Of a DNA stretch of 64,000 nt, positions 1 through 64,000 are shown piece by piece. The stretch is from Malacoraja senta. Its lineage: Eukaryota. Both the position numbers and the translations under genes were made by a program. Position 1 is the stretch's first letter; every line of letters begins with the position of its first letter. Below the pieces are notes generated by a model. That model had not been told where the DNA came from. It saw only the letters and a list, made by a program, of their open reading frames with translations, and searched no databases. The stretch covers positions 3,288,001-3,352,000 of the forward strand of contig CM075994.1 in the NCBI GenBank assembly GCA_038087875.1. The letters run 5' to 3'.

Positions 1-137
1 AATATGAATTCCGCAGTGTACATTTGAATCATCATACACTCCAACCATATTAGTCCAAAACGTTGTTGGCATTAGTGTATCTTTGAATGGCAGTTCAAGG
101 GCAACACATAATTAATTTTAATATTTTTATATTTTAG

Positions 138-59912
<59,775 letters not shown>

Positions 59913-60937
59913 GTAAGACAAACGAAAATATTTACATTAAATTAATGATCTTTTCAAAGGTCGTACGGGAGATCCGTGAGATTTCAATGTCCATCAAACG
60001 CGGGGGGGGGGGGTGTTAGCAATGAGATTTTCCGGACGGTTCGTGGAAATGGATGATAAATTCGACACGGTTTCTGCGTCCGTGCTCTTCTCATAGATTT
60101 CTGCGAATCTACGCAGTATTTTCAACATTTCCCGATTATTTTGGATTTTAATGTCATGACATTTCTAAAGTAGAATTATGCCAGGTGTCCATAAACAAAT
60201 ATGATTCTGCTTTCTATTTTCTATTAAGCAGGCATCTCAGAATATGAAATGTCGTCAATGGTGTAGCCATATGCCGGGATGCCCTGGTCTCATATGTTTT
60301 CATTGAATTCTGACAACGTATCTTTGGCATATGCCACAAGAATTTACGCACACGTATCATTTATGTCATGCTTAAAAGTTCAACTGGTGTGGTTATTTCT
60401 ATTTCTAATCGAGGCCTGCGGTAATCAAGGCATGTTCTAGATTTTTTAGTTGAGATTACATTAATTTTGATTGCGCTAAGAATGGCCTTGGAATGACTCA
60501 TTTCGCCATTAAAATAATACCTTGGCATTTTTAGCCATTCGTTCACGGAATGCGGACGCGTTCTATATGTTGCTAAACGGTAGTCACCTTGAAGTATAGT
60601 CAGTCACGAATCAGATATCCTTTGTGTCTGGAGTGTCTGAAACATACACCGAGAAAATGTTCAACCAAGATGGCTTTCTATGCAATTTAGGATTATATAA
60701 ATCTGCAATTGAAAAGTATCCGGATTTAAATATTTGATAATAAACTATAATGCGGACTCAAGGTCCAAACAAGGGACAACATTACATAGAAATACATTGC
60801 ATACAAAAACATCATAAAATACATATAACATCTTAATACATCACTTATAAAAGCATCATAAATTATATATTAAAAATTATTCAATGGCATGAATGAATAA
60901 GGGTTAATCTACATTCTTCCTCTTAAATAAATAAAGC

Positions 60938-60939
60938 AT

Positions 60940-61011
<72 letters not shown>
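60938..61011. repeat. (TA)n microsatellite
   Basis: Directly visible. Confidence 0.98.
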
Positions 61012-61014
<3 letters not shown>

Positions 61015-61029
61015 TTATTGTGGTTAGTG

Positions 61030-64000
61030 GAGCAAATATAAAACACCAGTACAACGTGCGGCATTTATTATTTTAATGCATATGAGATCACATAAAACTA
61101 AACAGGTCATGCACAGTTCAGGTATAGACAGTAAATTTTCCAATTAGCGGGTTTGGCTTGCAGACACGACGTGCACGTGTACGATAATAACCCCCAGCAG
61201 ACACCTCATACTTCGCTAGGGAAGCAAGTCCCTTATCGGGTGAACGCGGAGGAGAAGACAACGGTGGAGATTGGGGCACCGGGTAAGGCAGGGATGGCGT
61301 CGGCACCGGCCAACGAATCGCGGGAGCAGCATTCGCAGAGCTTGAGGGAAGATCGGCGGGCTGGTCCGGGGAAGGACTTGAAGATGCCGGTTCAATAAAC
61401 GGAAGGAGGTGTTGGCGCGTTCGGTGATAAATGCCGTCTTCAATACTGACCAAGTACGACCGTGGTTCCGCGGGGGTCCTCCACAGTCATTCTCCAGAAT
61501 AACTCAGATGCGGTCGTAACATCGGAGTGACCGCAAACGGAACCTGTCCTTTGTTGAGCGGTTGAAGCGGAGAGCTGCTTTTATCGTAGTATTTTCTTTG
61601 TATGTTGCGGCGGCGTTAGAGCTGGGAGTGGATAACTGACGGCGCACGAACTTTTGGTTCTTGTAGTTGCTTGGTCATAGGCAGAGTGGAGCGGTGACAT
61701 GAGCCGTTCGGCTGCAGATCCTGGGAGTAGGTCGCGAACGATGTTCCGAAGGTTGATTAAATCGAGATAAACATCAGAGACGGCCATGTGTGAGCGTTGC
61801 ATTAGTTATTTTGTACGTTTTTCCCCCGCGCTCATCCAGGCCGTTGGATTGTGGGTACTCGGGGCTGCTGGTAACGTGATGAAAGTCCCAGTTTTTAGAG
61901 AAATTCCTGAAGAGCTGACTGGAGAACTTAGGTCCATTGTCTGAGAGTAGATTTAGAGGGCTTCCGTGGAGAGTGAAGTGGCAAGATAGCTTCTGAATTA
62001 CCATGGCTGTGGTCGGGCTGCTGAGCAGGTCGATTTTAAACCATCCTGAGTAGGAACCAACTAAAACCACGTATTGTTGGTCGCGCCACTCGAAGATGTC
62101 GATTGCCACTGCGGACCAGGGTAAGTCCGGCGTGGGGTGCTGGATAAATTGTTGTTTCTGTTGGTGCGTGGTCAAGCTATTGCAGATCAGGCAGGCAGCA
62201 ACCTTCTCTAGAATGTAATTAGCCGGGTCTGGCCAGAGCAGCATTCCTTTCGCATGTTGAAGGGTCATTCCTGCAGCCAGATGGACCCCATGGACAATGT
62301 CGAAGTACTTCCTGCGAAGAGACGTTGGGATCACCGCCTTGTGTCATTTCATTATCACGCCGTCCTGAATGACTAGTTCGTCACGGACAGGTTAAAATTG
62401 GCGGACAGCTTGTGGCGGGTGGTGCTGTTTGTCTGGACAGCCACGTGTGTAGGTCAGTCTGATGTCATATCTCTGTAGTTCCATCATCATGCGTTGTAAA
62501 CGCGCTGATGCCGTGTGGATCGGTTTACTGATGTATACTGACCCAGGGGCTGGTGATCGGTTTCAACCGTGCTCGGGTTGCCAAAGATAATGTCCTTGAA
62601 TTTCTTGCAGGCAAAGTTTGCTGCGAGTCGCTCCTTTTTGATTTGAGCGTTGCAGTGTTCAGTCTTGCTACGGGAGGCATCGGCAACTGGTCTGGAGCCA
62701 TTTCCGTCGTCTTGTAGGCAAGCAGCGCCCAATCCATACTGAGAGGTATCACGGGTAAGGGTGACGGGTAATTTGGCATCAAAGTATGCGAGGGGTGGAG
62801 CGCAAGATATTAGTTGTTTGAGAGTTTCAAATGCCCTCTGCTGGTGTTGGTTCCAGGACCAGAGCGTATCCTAGTGGGTCAGTTATCGCAGCGAGGCTGA
62901 TTGCTCGCTGAGGTTTGGGATGAAGTTTCCAAGGCAGTTTACCATGCCTAAGAATCGTTGTAGAGCAGTCATATCCGTAAGTGCTGGCATTTCGTTGATG
63001 GCGATGGTTTTAGACGGGTCTGGCGTAAGTCCGTTGTTGGAGAACACGTGGCCGAGATAAGTCACTTCGTCGACCCGAAACCTGCACTTGAGAGGGCTCA
63101 GTTTCAGATTTGCTTCCCTGGCACGATCTAGGACCAGTTTCAGGTATGAGTCATGTTCTTGTGCATTGCGTCCTGTGACCAGGTTGTCGTCCACAATTAT
63201 GCAACATGGGTAGCTAGCAAAGAGTTGTTCCATAGTGCACTGGTAAACTTTACTGGCTGAATTGATGCCAAGTGGCATTCGTAAACATCGGTAGCGTCCG
63301 AAGGGCGTCGCGAATGTGGTTAACATTGAAGATGCATGGTCTAGTGGCATTTGCCAAAATGTGTTATTTGCATCCAGGACAGAAAAATACTGTGGCTTTA
63401 CCCAGGTTGGCAGTGACTTCTCCCACCGTCCGATTGGGTGGTGTGGCCGTTTCATAACGGTATTTATATGCTTAGACTTGATGCAGATCCTTATTTTGTC
63501 TTTGTTCTTCTTGACTGCTGCAACCATGGTGGAGACCCAGGAGGAATGGTCGCTCACATGGGCTATTAAACACAGTGATTCAATTCTGTCTAATTCAGCT
63601 TTGACGCGGTCCTTCCTTGCGTGCGGGAATTTGTGAGGAGGTATAACATCATTGTCTGTTACAATGCTGTATTATGTGGGAAGCTTGCCCAGCTGATTGT
63701 GAAAAGGCCTTTGTGTTATTCGAGTATTTGTTGGGCAGGACTTTGAGAGGTCGACAGGTGATACACATTTTACAGAAGAAAACTAGGTTCATATTACGGC
63801 ATGCATCATTGCCCAGAAGGAGGGGCACTTCCCGTTTTACGATTTAAAAAATCCTAGTTGTAAACTTGAGACGTTATATGGCATTGTAGTGTAACCGTAC
63901 CAACTGGTTGCTATTCCCTGCCCCCCCACCAAATGGATGTAACTTCGAGTTAGTTTTCAGAACAGTTCGTTGTTGTGAATTCTTTGGAAATCTGCCAGCG
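61030..64000 (-). mobile_element. Second Ty3/Gypsy (Mag-like) pol remnant, continuing past the window edge
   Basis: RT (IRICI, FGRYRCLRMPLGI, IVDD, FLGMVN), RNase H, integrase (H-H-C-C region, SDNGPKF, SPEYPQSNG) and Pro-rich tail ending YRTRARRVCKP. Confidence 0.92.

Overview
Eukaryotic, TE-dense vertebrate DNA. The repeat content (shark/ray-type CR1 LINEs, V-SINEs, Rex1/Babar, Penelope-like elements) points to a cartilaginous fish such as a skate or ray; this is an inference. Nearly all long ORFs in the supplied track are decayed transposon ORFs or their antisense shadows. The main result is invisible to the ORF track. A + strand host gene runs through the whole window as about 23 micro-exons (18-42 nt; mostly 27, also 24 and 36). 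Each is flanked by AG...GT, is a multiple of 3 and is phase 1-1. Joined, they give a stop-free, charged, heptad-like ~215-aa segment (xVDVLRIEL-VDRLKEIR-DLKDKIIRL-...-ELETLRSTLQDT-...), arranged in repeating exon modules. The introns hold a nested CR1<ERV<(Tc1, CR1) complex with an epsilon-like provirus, two Ty3/Gypsy remnants, a non-autonomous Helitron with internal minisatellites, Penelope-derived elements with hammerhead-like cores, a GC-rich non-coding retroposon family, a Harbinger-type MITE and microsatellites. The gene's start, end and identity are not visible here, and the exons are predicted by eye from splice signals, frame and periodicity only.
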